Notes: generated by a model not told the origin, from the letters alone. Shown: positions 43,667 through 57,580, counted from the first letter of the stretch. The stretch is DNA of 64,000 nucleotides from Octopus vulgaris (GCA_951406725.2 OX597834.1:9672001-9736000), one strand, 5' to 3'. Translations and numbers: made by a program.

Positions 43667-43810
43667 TATTTCTTTACTACCCACAAGGGGCTAAACACAG
43701 AGGAGACAAACAAGGACAGACAAAGGGATTAAGTCGATTACATCGACCCCAGTGCGTAACTGGTACTTAATTTATCGACCCCGGAAGGATGAAAGGCAAA
43801 GTCGACCTCG
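43667..43810 (-). mobile_element. SINE-B, 5'-truncated with perfect 17-bp TSD
   Basis: TSD gtcattcaccatatatt at 43650-43666 and 43811-43827. Confidence 0.92.
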
Positions 43811-43839
43811 GTCATTCACCATATATTGAAAACCAAACA

Positions 43840-43919
43840 GCGTCACTTGAACTCGAGGTCACTTGATCTTTTGGTTGCTTGAACTTGATGTCGCTTGGTT
43901 TAGAGGTCACTTGATTTTG
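43840..43919. repeat. Degenerate 16-bp tandem repeat, 5 units
   Basis: gcgtcacttgaactcg / aggtcacttgatcttt / tggttgcttgaacttg / atgtcgcttggtttag / aggtcacttgattttg. Confidence 0.7.
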
Positions 43920-44111
43920 AGGGTATATTTTTACCTTCATGTCAATTAATATTGTAGATATAAACAGAAACCCTAAACAGAACAAAAACCTAATTGTCCT
44001 AAGCATGCAAAACCCCCTTTAATAATAACCAGTTTCATGATAAGAGGTGCAATACATTTAACTATAAGTCCGTATAATCGATCTAGCTGGTGGACGAACA
44101 TTACCTTACAT

Positions 44112-44167
<56 letters not shown>

Positions 44168-44929
44168 TGAGTGAGAAATCAGAAAATAATAACTTTGAGA
44201 TATGTGAAAAAAATCACGTTTAACGGTGGAAATCAGAGTAGATGTGTATACAGAGATAGATGGAGTAGTTCAGAAAGAGCGAGAGATGGCTAAAACGATT
44301 TGGTTTATCTTCCATCTTATGATTGTCTGATTTTAACCAACATCCGGCAAACCATTTCCAGCATCCATCAGATAGAGCAACTATAATTTTGATGCTAAAG
44401 CAACATCGCATATTTATTATTTCTTTTAATTTGTTTTCAATATCAGGTCCTTTGAAATTTGTTTTTCTCCTTTCTGTTATCGGTTCACGGTGGAGATTTT
44501 AATATAATTTATCATCTAAGAAGAAAAATAATAAAATTAATGCTTCACTTTTATAACTAGCTTTAACAAATCAAATCAGTAATTTCATAAACAAATGCGT
44601 AATTCATTTATAATACTAATTAATTTTTACTATTGATCATTAGTCGCTAGTTTGAGCCAATTATACTCATTAGTTCTCTGTCGTTTGAGGTTCTTTCCTT
44701 CTTTCCTTTCATCTTGAACTATCCAATGTTTCTCTCTCCCACTTACCCTGTATATATAATGTACAAACATACGTATATATGTAAATATATATAAATAAAA
44801 TATATATTGTATACATATATATACACACACAAAATACGTTTGTACATATACACAACACTCTCTCTCTCTGTCTTTATTTGTATATAAATATGTCTGCATG
44901 CAGATATATATACGTATATATTGGTTTAT

Positions 44930-45026
44930 ACATATATATATATATATATATACAGAGAGAGAGAGATATAGATAGATAGATAATTATATATATATATATA
45001 TACAGAGAGCGAGATAGATAGATAGA

Positions 45027-45070
<44 letters not shown>

Positions 45071-45118
45071 TAGATAATTATATATATATATATACAGAGA
45101 GCGAGATAGATAGATAGA

Positions 45119-45160
<42 letters not shown>
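44930..45160. repeat. TA/GATA compound repeat (tacagagagcgagatagatagatagataat x3)
   Basis: Directly visible. Confidence 0.85.
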
Positions 45161-45163
<3 letters not shown>

Positions 45164-46694
45164 GCTTCTAATTAGCGTTTTTCTCTCAGTACTTAAGCCT
45201 GTTTACTACATCTCTACCTCCCTGATCCCACACATGCATATACATACAGGATTGTGTGTTATGTATGTATGTATGTATGTATGTATATATGTATTTGTGT
45301 ATTTACTGCTTCTTTACTTAACAACAAATGCACATCCTAGTCGAATGAATTGGACTCCATTCTATAACATCTTTCCAAATCGATTTACGTAAAGATTTCA
45401 CAAAGCAGGTCGTGATTGAGTGGTGATCGAGTTTAATTTATTAAGAGCATTGGTGTAATAATTCAAATGCGCAGTTAGATCGAATATGTTGTCCTATATA
45501 AGATTACTGCCTTAGCCATGGATTCTAAAGAGTTCGAATTTTGGGATAGGACAGTAAGACCGATTCTGATATATAAACCTTTCACTAGATTTGACTTTTA
45601 GACAGAAGGATGTTTTTCTGAAGGATGGAAATCAAAGCAATGATCTTAATTCCTACTTCTTTCTTCTAAATTTGTTCGACGCGTGATGGTTTTAATGCTT
45701 GTGGAAACATCGCTTTGCAGTGAACGTTTCTTTGATAACTAAGACGAAAGCCGTACTTAGAAATCAATAGTTCCAACTAACAAGACCCAATTTAAAACGA
45801 AATTAAGATGATTAAAACTAATTCGATATCGTTCCTTGTAAGGATCTACAAAATTAGTGCCGAAAACTACTTTTGGCTGCCAGTTAAGAAATGGATAATA
45901 TGGGAGTGTAGTTTATAGCAAGAAGTATTACTTGCAGGAGATTTTTAACAGTAGACCAGTAAAAACAACGAATGTACGAACAAGCGAGAGTTATTATAAC
46001 TCCATCTTCCTTTTCGACATTGATTTCGAATCAGTGGAGTCTTTATATTCTGTCGATCTGCTAGAGCTACCATCAAATTTTGCCTCAAATTGGAACCCAT
46101 TGTTTTAGAGAAGAAAAAATTATATTGGATATTATAGTTATGAATCTAACTGAAAGACAGTTAGACAATTGGAGTATAGTTGGTCATGGATATTCGGGTT
46201 CAAATCTGGGCTAGGCTGGGACCTATAAAATAATTTGAGATATAGAAATGCTGTTCTTGAGTCAGAAATGTGCTTTCCCAGTTAACACTATACAATGCTA
46301 GTAATAGGCCACAATACACACGCATGCATGCATACATACATAATACAAACGGACAGATAGATACATAAATAGACACACAGACAGACAGATATATATACAT
46401 ATAGATAAATAGATAGATATATAGATATATAGATAGATACATATATAGATATAGATAGATATAGATATATAGATAGATAGATATATAGATAGATACATAT
46501 ATAGATATAGATATATAGATAGATACATATATAGATATAGATATATAGATAGATACATATATAGATATACAGATATATAGATAGATACACATATAGATAT
46601 AGATAGATATAAATATATAGATAGATATAAATATATAGATATATATAGATAGATATAGATATATAGACAGAAAAAAGATATAAACGAAGTAGGG

Positions 46695-46890
46695 AAAAGG
46701 CAGAATTGTTAAAGTGTTAAGCAAGGTCCTTTGAAATATTTATTCTGGCTCATTACTCATTGAAATCAAATTCCGGTCAGTTCAATTTTATTTTAAGATA
46801 TTCTGCAAAGTAAAGTACCAGTCAAAAACTGGGGTCGATTTCACTGACTAGCAATCCTGCTAAAATTGCTGGCCTTATGCCAAAAATTCA
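46695..46890 (+). mobile_element. SINE-B, degraded, alternative tail
   Basis: ggcagaattgtta...tcaaattccgg...gtaccagtcaaaaactggggtcgat...ggccttatgccaaaa. Confidence 0.55.
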
Positions 46891-47606
46891 CGTGTTTGTG
46901 TGTATATATATGCATGCATGCATATATATATGTAAGTATGTAAGTATATATGTAGGTATATACATACGTATGCATGCATGTTTATACACATTGGCATTTT
47001 TATATGTATATTAGTACAAATTCGCATTATGCGGAAGAAATAATTCTCTACTGCCATTAACGAGGAATCTTCTCTTTAAAGCTCTATGTATATTGATCTT
47101 CATAAATTCAGCGAATTGTTATTTGACCGATTTGTATCAACATCACATATTCTTACAGGAAATACATTGTTCTTAATGTATATAAATTTTGAGAAGGATT
47201 TAAACAGAATACTTCTTTCGTAGTAACATTTATTTTTCTGCTGTGCAAATTCTCTTTTGGTGTTTTTTCCCACTTCAAAGAACTTAAGATCGAAAAAAGA
47301 GATTAGTAGTAAGTTTTCATTACGGCAATGCGTATTTCTTTATCATCTATTCAACGCAGTTTTATTTGAAGTCAAGTTCACATTTCGTAACCTTACCCAA
47401 TAGGTGTTCGTTTGTAGAAATGCAGAAGACAGAAACCCGCACAGATACAAACAGAAACGGAGAAAAATGTTTACGTTCGGCGTTGGAAAAGAAATGAAAG
47501 ACAAACATATGCTATGTAAAGTCATATGAATCTTTCTGAAATTTTTATAAAGAGTTTCTTGCGTTATATTCTAGGATGGAAAGAAAAATAAGACTTCGTG
47601 TAACAC

Positions 47607-48034
47607 ACTCTCTTACTTGTTTCAGTCATTTGACTGCGGCCATGCTGGAGCACCGCCTTTAATCGAGCAACTCGACCCCGGGACTTATTCTTTTGTAAGC
47701 CCAGTACTTATTCTATCGGTCTCTTTTGCAAGCCCAGTACTTATTCTATCGGTCTCTTTTGCCAAACCGCTAAGTAACGGGGACATAAACACACCAGCAT
47801 CGGTTGTCAAGCAATGCTTGGAGGACAAACACACACACAAACATACAAACACACACACGCATATATATATATGTACATATATACGACGGGCTTCTTTCAG
47901 TTTCCGTCTACCAAATCCATTCACAAGGCTTTGGTCGGCCCGAGAGTATAATAGAAGACACTTGCCCAAGGTTCTACGCAGTGGGACTGAACCCGGAACC
48001 ATGTGGTTGGTAAACAAGCTACTTACCACACAGC
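47607..48034 (-). mobile_element. SINE-A, near full length, with internal 33-bp tandem duplication
   Basis: Reverse complement of 7358-7772; aagcccagtacttattctatcggtctcttttgc at 47697-47729 and 47730-47762. Confidence 0.92.
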
Positions 48035-48228
48035 ATTTTATTATTTTATAATACTATCTGAGAATTTAAATGTTCCTTAAGAAGCAATAGATACATATAC
48101 ATAAATCGATACAAATAAAATCCATCGTGTTTTTGTACGTTCAAATGATCGTATACAGTCAGTAATTGTGAGTAGCAGCGGACTTACCAGAGTCGATGGA
48201 AGAAGTGGAAACTGCCGTTTATATAGAA

Positions 48229-48601
48229 CTAGCAGTATCGCCCGGCGTTGCTCAGGTTTGTAACTATAAAGCATTTTTAGAGAGTTATAGCCAAAAAATA
48301 GCAAAAAATGGAAAAAAATGATGGTAAATCTTTTTTGAGAGTAAAAAAGGTGGAGTTGCGTCCCCTAGATAGTTTGCGGTTTGTGTTTCTGATTCTCGAC
48401 CCCATGTCGAATTTATCGATTTTTTTCAGAACTGGGGGAACTTTTCAAAATTTTCGCTGCGTTAGTTTTGAATTATGACATTGGGTTATGTGTGTGTTAA
48501 GTTTCATCAGAATCGGTTGAAAGCCGTGGTCAGGGTGAGGGTACAAGCAAACAGACACACAGAAACACGCACAGACAAACTGCCGTTTATATAGAGAGAG
48601 A
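48229..48601 (-). mobile_element. Non-autonomous Helitron
   Basis: Minus strand starts TC (tctctctctatataaacggcag), ends in a GC hairpin cctgagcaacgccggg followed by CTAG, between A and T. Confidence 0.75.
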
Positions 48602-48818
48602 TACTCGTTTTCTCGTTTATATATCCAGACGCATACGTGCATTGAAGCAGCAACAAGTAAGGCTGGCAAATATATACGATTAGTAGAGAAATAAATATTT
48701 AGCGAATTCTTTCACAAGTGGAATACAGAGAAGACCATTTTCAATTCTTCCATTTATTGTCAAATACCATAGTGCCAATAATTGGAATCGCATTAACCTG
48801 TGAATATATACCATATAT

Positions 48819-48866
<48 letters not shown>

Positions 48867-49389
48867 AATATATGTTCTTCCGATTCATATCAAAAAGCTC
48901 AATTTTAAGTTGCTAATTAAAAAAAAAAATTATAAGCATCGAAATATATTTTTCCTGTGGTTATATTTCACGTTGCCATTTATTGTTTTCATATTGCATA
49001 TTAGTAACGTAACACTTGGTGAAACACTGCAGCACTAGTTCCCCTTGAATGTTTCCCTGTAATTATGTTATATTAAATAACAAAAACACAGAAAGGGGGA
49101 AAAAAAAATTACATACTAACAGCAAATTAGTCGCAAATGATGGTAATTCTATGGTCTCTGACTTAACGTAAAATAGTTGAACCAACCTGTATTACATTAA
49201 TCGATATTAAAGTAGTGACTAATAACAGGAATTATTTGTTATATAAAACAACGTCAAGAGTAATCTCAATTAAATTGTTAATTAGTTAACATATCATTCT
49301 CCTTTTCCAAATTTCATCTCCACCCTCATAATCAACACCATCACCATCACCGCCACCGCTTCTACAATATCCTTCCCTTATCATTTCCA

Positions 49390-49752
49390 CTCGTTGTCAT
49401 CATTATTATTATCATCATCATCATCATTATATTCATTTTGATTTTTTTTTTCAGTCTTAATTTTCGACACCGTGGGCAAAAAAAAAAAATCGATCTTCAT
49501 CGGAACCTAATTCATCATTATTGCCACCCTCATCATCATCATCATCATCATCATCGCCGCTGCCTTCAACATCACCTTCATCATCATTATCATCTTCATC
49601 AACATAAATGTCATGACCACCATCCGCATCATCATCATCATCATCACCGCCGATGCCTTCAACATCACCATCATCATCATTATCATCTTCATCAACATAA
49701 ATGTCATGACCACCATCCGCATCATCACCACCACCGCCGCTGCCTTTACCAC

Positions 49753-49787
<35 letters not shown>

Positions 49788-50703
49788 ACGCCGCCGCTGC
49801 CTTCAACATCACCATCATCATCATCATTATCATCTTCATCAACATAAATGTCATGACCACCTCCACCATCGTCATCTTCGTCGTGGTCGTCCTCATTATC
49901 ATCATTAGACTCAGCATCATCATCATCATCAGCAGCAGCAGCAGCAACACTAGCTTAGGTATTAACTTCATCTTAGCGGAGGGATATTGTCTGACATGGA
50001 GAGCTTCTTTCTCCTCGACCTCTTCCTCTTTATCATCATCACCATCATCGTCGTCGTCACCATCATCGTCATCCTCATCATCCTCATCATAATTATCATA
50101 TCCAACACCATCAACATCCATCATTACCACCATCATCATCATCACCAGCAGCAGGACTCTCACAGCCATTACTTATTCAAGGGATATTTTCTGACGTCAA
50201 CATTCTCTTTCTCTTCATCCGCGTCCTCTTCCTCCTTGTCATCATCATCATCGCCGTTGTACAACCGCCATCATCATCATCTTCAACAGCAGTCAATGCT
50301 TTCCTCCTCCTCATCATCATCATCATTATCCGTCATCATCATCATCGTGTTTATAAGCATCACCATCATCAACATCTTGATATCACCATCGTCAACATCA
50401 ATACCATCATCATCATCAACATCATCAACAGAAGTCAATGCTTCCCTCCTCCTCCTCGCCTCCTCCTCCTTATCATCATCATCTTCATCGTGAAGCCTCT
50501 GCAAGTAGTGGAATAAGATAAACTAGAAGAAAAACGAATCGTTATAATTATCGTCATCATCACGATACGTAGAGTGAAAGATGCGGCTTCGGCGCCATCA
50601 ACGTTTTCTTCGTCATAAACATTATACTTACGTGTAACAATAACAAAAAAAAAGAAAAGCAGAATAGGTCTTTATCATCATCATCATCACCATCATCATC
50701 ACC

Positions 50704-50735
<32 letters not shown>

Positions 50736-51325
50736 CATTGTGACCACATACGTCATGGTTATCAAATATCAGCAGCGTTCTCATATCAGCAGCGATGAAT
50801 ATTTTTCGCCTCTTTATTGCAAGTCGTCGTCGTCGTCATCACCACCACCATCATCATCACCATCACCACCATCACCATCACCACCATCTTCGTCTTCATC
50901 ATCGTCATCATCATCGTCTTCATCATCATCATCATCATCGTCATCATCATCATCGTCTTAATCATCTTTATAGCCGTAGTCGTTATCGTCGTCATTGTCG
51001 CTGTGGCCGTCATCATCATTATCTTTTGTGAACATCACCATCACCATCAACAACATTTTCCGCAAAACTTCGTACGCTTTTTATAACATTAAAGGCTTTT
51101 TTTCTTTTCATCCCCGAGTTTTTGTTTCCTTTTTTCTGTCAACCCCTACACATTCTGTAGAATGCCTTTCTAAAGTCCTCTAAAACAAGCCTTTGTCGGA
51201 AAAGAACAAAAAAACATCTTCAGCCTCAACAATATCGATACCATCACTAACATCATCACAACCACCATCATCATCAATATCATTCTTCAACATCATCATC
51301 ATCACTTTCATCGTCATCATTATTT
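49390..51325. repeat. (CAT)n-rich low-complexity region with higher-order repeats
   Basis: Directly visible; unit tgccttcaacatcacc...catcaacataaatgtcatgaccacc three times within 49555-49862. Confidence 0.9.
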
Positions 51326-51336
51326 TCATGTTCGCT

Positions 51337-51718
51337 ATATAGATACATATATATATACATATATACATATATATACATATATATGTATACATATATATAT
51401 ATATATATACATACATAGATATATACATGCATATATATATATATATGCATATACATACATAGATATATACATGCATACCTATATATATATATGCATATAC
51501 ATGCATACATATATATATGCATATACATGCATACATATATATATATGCATATACATGCATACCTATATATATATATATGCATATACATGCATACCTATAT
51601 ATATATATGCATATACATGCATACCTATATATATATGCATGCATACATATATATATATATACACATACATACATATACATGCATACATACACATACACAT
51701 ATATACATATACACACTT

Positions 51719-51749
<31 letters not shown>

Positions 51750-52432
51750 ATTTGCAGTTGTTGGGTTACATCCAGCTACCGTGATGAGCTGCAATGTAAA
51801 TACGCCATTCAAGATCCACTCTATAAGATCGCTGTTTTTGGCATTATTGTTATCAATAATAATAATAATAATAATAAAAAGAAAAAACACCAAAAAACCT
51901 CCAAGAAATAAATAATCACAATGTTATCGTCATGCTCTTTGTTTTGACATACATTCGTTACTTGATATTTACTTAAGACATGGCAATGACTAACTAGTTA
52001 TAGCTTGTTAGTTGCAGAGCTAGTTAGCCATCTTACAGTTTCCTATTTTTGTTTGTTTTAAAGCGGAAGATATATAACAACATATATATATGTATTTGTG
52101 TGTATATATATGTATGTATTTATATTTGTATGTATTTATATATGTATGTATTTGTATATATATATATATATATATTTGTGTGTATATATGTATATATATG
52201 TATGTACTTACATATATATTTATATATGTATGTACTTATATATATATTTATATATGTATATATATATGTATGTACTTACATATATATTTATATATGCATG
52301 TACTTATATATATATTTATATATGTATATATATGTATGTACTTACATATATATTTATATATGTATGTACTTATATATATATTTATATATGTATATATATG
52401 TATGTGCTTATATATATATATTTATATGTGTG

Positions 52433-52513
<81 letters not shown>

Positions 52514-52550
52514 GCATGTATATATATATATGTATATATATATATGCATA
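51337..52550. repeat. Two TA-rich compound arrays (51337-51750; 52082-52550)
   Basis: Directly visible. Confidence 0.9.
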
Positions 52551-53431
52551 TCTATCTACTGACAGTAAACGCGTGTGCATGTGCACCCGCTCATACATAT
52601 AGACAAACAGAACTACATACATGCTCGGATGCTTCGATCCATAACACTATATACATACGTAAAGACACACTCACTCTTATATATATATGCAAATATTTTT
52701 CTATCTATCTGTGCGTGTATTTGAGCGTGTATCGCTATAGATGCGCGCACACAGAGAGGAGCAGGTGAAGTTAACATCTAACTAACATCATAGAGTGAAG
52801 AAACGGTGAGAATAATTGGCAGATAACGTTGTCTTTGTTTTTCTAAGTAATATTTTTCTCTGCTCTTAGTTTCATTTTTGCATACATTTCGTCCCCCCCC
52901 CACCACCACCACCATCCTCCTATCTCCTCTATTTATTCTTTCTCTAATTTCTTCGCTATTTTTCTTTCCCTCTTTGATTGTTTTTTTTGCATCGCTGTTT
53001 TATTCTTTCAATATTTTTCTCCTGTATTTGCGTTACCATCTCAGATTACATCTTCTTGTAATATATGTCGTATCACAATCCTCTCCTTTTATCTTTTTAC
53101 GTAATCGTTTTTTACTTCTTACAATTAGATTAACTAATCATTAAAATACTCAAGTAGCGTTTTTAGTTTCGTCCTTTTTTCTTTTCAATCCACTCGATTA
53201 TTGAACAGAAGGAAACATTTCTGCACTTTTGCGAATACATTGCGTATATATACATATATATATACACAATATATTAAAGTGGTGCACCATACTGCCGCTG
53301 TCACATGACTAAAACAAGTAAAGGAAAAAAAGAATGTATTTATATATATACAAATATATATTATATACATGTATATAGTGAATATATTTGTATGTACGCG
53401 CGCACGCACGCACACACACAAACACACACAC

Positions 53432-53827
53432 AAAAGCGACGATGTTTGGTTTCAAGATGAATGATGTTCTTCTATCGGCCACATACAGCGAAGATGACAT
53501 TCCAAAGGCTCTAGCAGTTTGAATGAGAAACGATGAACCACCCACTATATTACCCCGTCAGATTATAATTTACTTCCCAGTTTTCAAAATCATTTGAACA
53601 GAAAATATTTGAATTCTGTAGACGAAGTCAGAATAACACTGGAGAAGTATTCTTCGTCAGGGACAAGGGCAATTTGGAAGAGGGGCCTTGCCAGTCTACT
53701 GGCTAGATGGAAAAGCACAGTAGAACATGATGGAGGGTATATTTTAAATTTAAAAAGAGGTATGTTTATCTTAAGTCCGAGAAATGAAAGTATAAAAACC
53801 GCGTTTTCCATACGATTATCCTAAATA
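53432..53827 (+). mobile_element. Mariner transposase pseudogene, C-terminal part and probable right end
   Basis: Translates (with stops and deletions) LVSR..FFY..RPHTAKMT..ETMNHP..ITPSDYNL..FQNHL..WKRGLASLLARWKSTVEHDGGY, resembling mariner HDNARPH, HPPYSPDLAPSDY and RW..V...GEY. Confidence 0.85.
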
Positions 53828-54392
53828 TATATATATATATAAATATATATATATATGTATACAAACATACATACATACATACATACACGAATACCCATAC
53901 TCGCATGTATTGACAGGCATTTTATCTTTCCTCTGAACGTTCGGACTTCTTTTAATTACATCACTTAATTATTAAAATAATGAAATTCTATTACTTGTTG
54001 CAGTCCACTAGGATAATAATTCTGGACACACTCTATTGTGTATGACATGTAGAAAACGAAAATAGGTTTTTAAATCAGTCTTGTTTTTGTTGAATATCAT
54101 ATTTCCTTGATGAACCAAAATGTTTTGTCTTGTTCTTTGTCGTGTGACACCGACATTTTGACTCCTATTTTTTATCAAGTTTTCTATGAAGGTTATCATA
54201 TACTTTTGCACAGTTATTGTATAACTAAATTGTGGCTTTGGAATCTGATATTGTCTATCAACAAAATAGCACGCCTTAAATATTCTGCATCTTTTGTACG
54301 AATTCCTCTGACACTCGACACCAGAAACCCGTTGGCATCTTTGTTTCCGACTTGAGAATAGGTTCGATAAACTTTCAGAACGATAAACAATT

Positions 54393-54428
<36 letters not shown>

Positions 54429-54517
54429 GCTCTCTCTCAGTTTATCTCTCTCTATCTCTCTGAAACACACACACACACATACTAAAAAACACGCACACTT
54501 ACACATATATATTATAT

Positions 54518-54722
54518 TGGTTTCCACATGGCCTGCAATTCTGGGAGATGGGATAAGTCGATTACATCGACCCTAGTACTCAAATGGTACTTATTTTACC
54601 GAACCCAAAGGATAAAGATCAAAGTGGCCCTCGGCCGTACTTCAATTCAGACCGTACGGACGGACGAAATAGCGCTAAGCGTTTTGCTCAATGTGCTAAC
54701 GAGTCTTCCAACTCGTCGCCGG
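54518..54722 (-). mobile_element. SINE-B, diverged
   Basis: aagtcgattacatcgaccctagt...ccctcggc...gacgaaatagcgctaagc...ccaactcgtcgcc. Confidence 0.75.
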
Positions 54723-55600
54723 CAACGTATTCTGTATTGGACCACTTTGTTAAATATTTAACGGAAACTAATATCTGAAAGTGCCCGGCTCCAGTATCCC
54801 GGAGGTGCAACTCCTATCATAATTCTACCGAGTGTGCTCGAAATCATGCTATGAACATTGAGAATCCTTTTATTATTCTAAAATTGTTTTTGATACAAGA
54901 CGGAGGATGCGATGACAAATGCCGACATCATTCATCACCGGCAACAGAGGTGCATGACATTGGGTTGATTTTGTGAAATATTTAAAGTATTAATATTATT
55001 ATTATTATTAACGTTTAACACTTGCCATTCATTTATGACACGATCTTACAATTCTCATACATAATCGTATAAAATACATGGGAAGTTCTTTATTCGAAAT
55101 ACGCATATACTCATATAAACATGTATACGCACACAAATACTATATATTTATGCATTTCTCTTTGCGATTTTCATCGGACTATGGTCGATGTAGAGCGGCA
55201 GAATTTATATTTTAAAAATACCGACCCAAATATTGTAATGGCTTTTACCGGATCGATGACTTACATGTAGATTTAAAGGTATGTAACTCGATAAACCTGG
55301 CAAACAATGACTCACAGACACACGTATAACAATCTGTTTCTCTCTCTCTCTCTTCATACATATATACACAAACACACACACACACACACACACACACAAT
55401 TACACATTCTTTCGTTCATTCTTTTACTAGTTTCAGTCATTTGACTTCGGCCTTTCTGCAGCACTGCCTTGAACGGGTTTCAGTCGATCAAATCCACACC
55501 ATGTTTTATTTTTAAAGCCTAGTATTTATTCTATTGGTATTATTTGCTGAACCGCTACGTTACAGGGATATCAACATAACCAGTGGTGAGAGGGGGAAGA

Positions 55601-55659
<59 letters not shown>

Positions 55660-55680
55660 GTATATATATATATATATATG

Positions 55681-56099
55681 TTATGAGATAATGGTGTCAA
55701 TAAGACCCAAAGGTGTCGGGTAATGGTGAGTAAGGGCTATGGATAGACCATAGTTAAGCACCAAGTTCAGTGATTATGCGAATAAGGAGTCCAGCGTAGG
55801 TCATATATCAGCAAGTGTATATATAATTTTTTTTTCAGAAGGTGATAAAAAAGACCAAGGCTAAATAATTGATCTACAAATACAACATCCCTGCATATCT
55901 CACATTTATTTTCATTCCTCCACTTCATTCTCTATTTCGTATCTTATCTAAATTAACTATTGCTTAACCATCTCCTCACACCATCTCCGATGAAGGGATA
56001 TATTAAATATCCTGGAAACAGCTGTAAGGTCTATTTATAAATGATCTAAAATCTTCACAACCACGGATTTTTTTTATCTCATTCTCAAATAAAAATCAA

Positions 56100-56103
<4 letters not shown>
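55681..56103 (+). mobile_element. Penelope-like pLTR fragment inserted in (TA)n
   Basis: Flanked by (TA)n; contains the hammerhead-like motif at 55983-56030. Confidence 0.55.
55983..56030 (+). ncRNA. Hammerhead ribozyme-like motif with one core substitution
   Basis: atct-CCGATGA-ag-GGATA tattaaa TATCC-tg-GAAACAGCTGTA-aggt; palindromic ACAGCTGT stem III. Confidence 0.55.
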
Positions 56104-56136
<33 letters not shown>

Positions 56137-56359
56137 TGTACACGACGGGCTTCTCTAATTTTCCGTGTACCAACTTACCACGCTGAGGTATTTAACCCGG
56201 AATTAAGTGGTTAGTAAGCAAGCTTCTTAATACTCAGCCACAGAGAGAGAGAGAGATACGTACGTACACACACACGCTCATATATATATAATCTACCTGT
56301 CAATCAATCTATCTTCACAGATCTCATACCTGCAGTTACAGGCCATAAGCATTTCGTTT

Positions 56360-56582
56360 GGAGAGCTGGCAGAATCGTTAGCACGCGAAGCGCAATGCTT
56401 AGCGGTATTTCGTCTGCTGCTACGTTCTGAGTTTAAATTCCGCCGAGGTCGACTTTAAGCCTTCATCTTTTCGTGGTCGTTTAAAAACATACTAGTTACG
56501 CACTGGGCTTAATGTAATAGTGTTTGCCTGGCCTTGTTTGTCCGCTCTATGTGTTATCCTCCCGTGGGCAATTAAGAAATAG
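56360..56582 (+). mobile_element. SINE-B, full length, diverged
   Basis: gagctggcagaatcgttagcacg...aaattccgccgaggtcgacttt...gtgggcaattaagaaata. Confidence 0.85.
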
Positions 56583-56664
56583 ATATTGATAAACCTGAAG
56601 CCATGTCAGAAAACATTTGTGCAACGTGTTACTCGGTGAGATGATGCTGAAAGCGACGATTTTG

Positions 56665-56856
56665 CAAGCCACGTTTTCCCACAGTACCGTTATTCAAGGG
56701 CTTCTGAAATTTATATTCTAAAATTTGAATTTCTCTAAGGAAGAGGAAATATGATCACCAGTTATTAATATTTTGCCGAAGGATTAAATTTTTGCACTTG
56801 AAATGACTTCCATTGTTAATTGAAACTGCATCGAAGCCTCGGGTGACTACGAGTTT
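56665..56856 (+). mobile_element. Highly decayed mariner transposase C-terminus
   Basis: VFPQYRYS (like VLPHPPYS), YFAEGLN and NCIEASGDY (like KCIE..GDY) in the expected order. Confidence 0.45.
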
Positions 56857-57384
56857 AATGCAACTCAATGCTACGTTACATGTCATATGACATAATGTGC
56901 CCCTTTAAAATGTGCGTATGCACTTGTAAACACTCATAAATATTACCTAATTTATGCATATGTGTGTGATTCACGTGTATGTATGTGTATGCGTGTAGTC
57001 TACTGTTTGGGTCCTAGTGTGTTCAACATAAAAAAAAAAAACAGATGTACTCAACCCAGCGAGATATCAATATAATTTAATGCAAACTCACTTTAGACGT
57101 GAGCTACTTCAAGTTTCATGCTGGGATATTATAGTAATCGGTGTTGTTCTTATATTGTACGAAGCACCGTTCTACTCTCATTCAGGTATTATTAATATGG
57201 CCACTCACTGAGAAATTTGGTAAATAAAAGCAAAAGAATGTTTGAAGAGAAATAGATTCTAAAGGTTGTAAGGGCTGTATCCCTAAGAAATAACTACTAT
57301 AAACGTAGACGAATGTAGAAACGTGTGTGGGCGCGCGCGCGTCTGTGTATATATGAGTGTGTGTGTGTATGTATGTATATGTTT

Positions 57385-57580
57385 GGGCGTCTGTGTTTGT
57401 CCCTCCACCATCAGTTAACAACCGATGTTAGTGTGTTTACGTTCCCGTAAGTTAGCGATTCGGCAAAATAGATTGATAGTATAAGTACTAAGCTTACAAA
57501 GAATAAGACCAGGATTCGACTTGGTCGACTAAAGGCGGTGCTCCAGTATGGACGCAGTAAAATGACATAAAAGAGTAAAA
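57385..57580 (+). mobile_element. SINE-A 3' half
   Basis: ctgtgtttgtccctccaccatc...cgactaaaggcggtgctccagtatggacgcagt. Confidence 0.82.

Larger units (their letters stand above)
55414..56232 (-). mobile_element. Old SINE-A interrupted by a nested insertion in its internal microsatellite
   Basis: Tail and body 55414-55605, head remnant 56140-56232, unrelated insert 55681-56103 between TA tracts. Confidence 0.7.
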
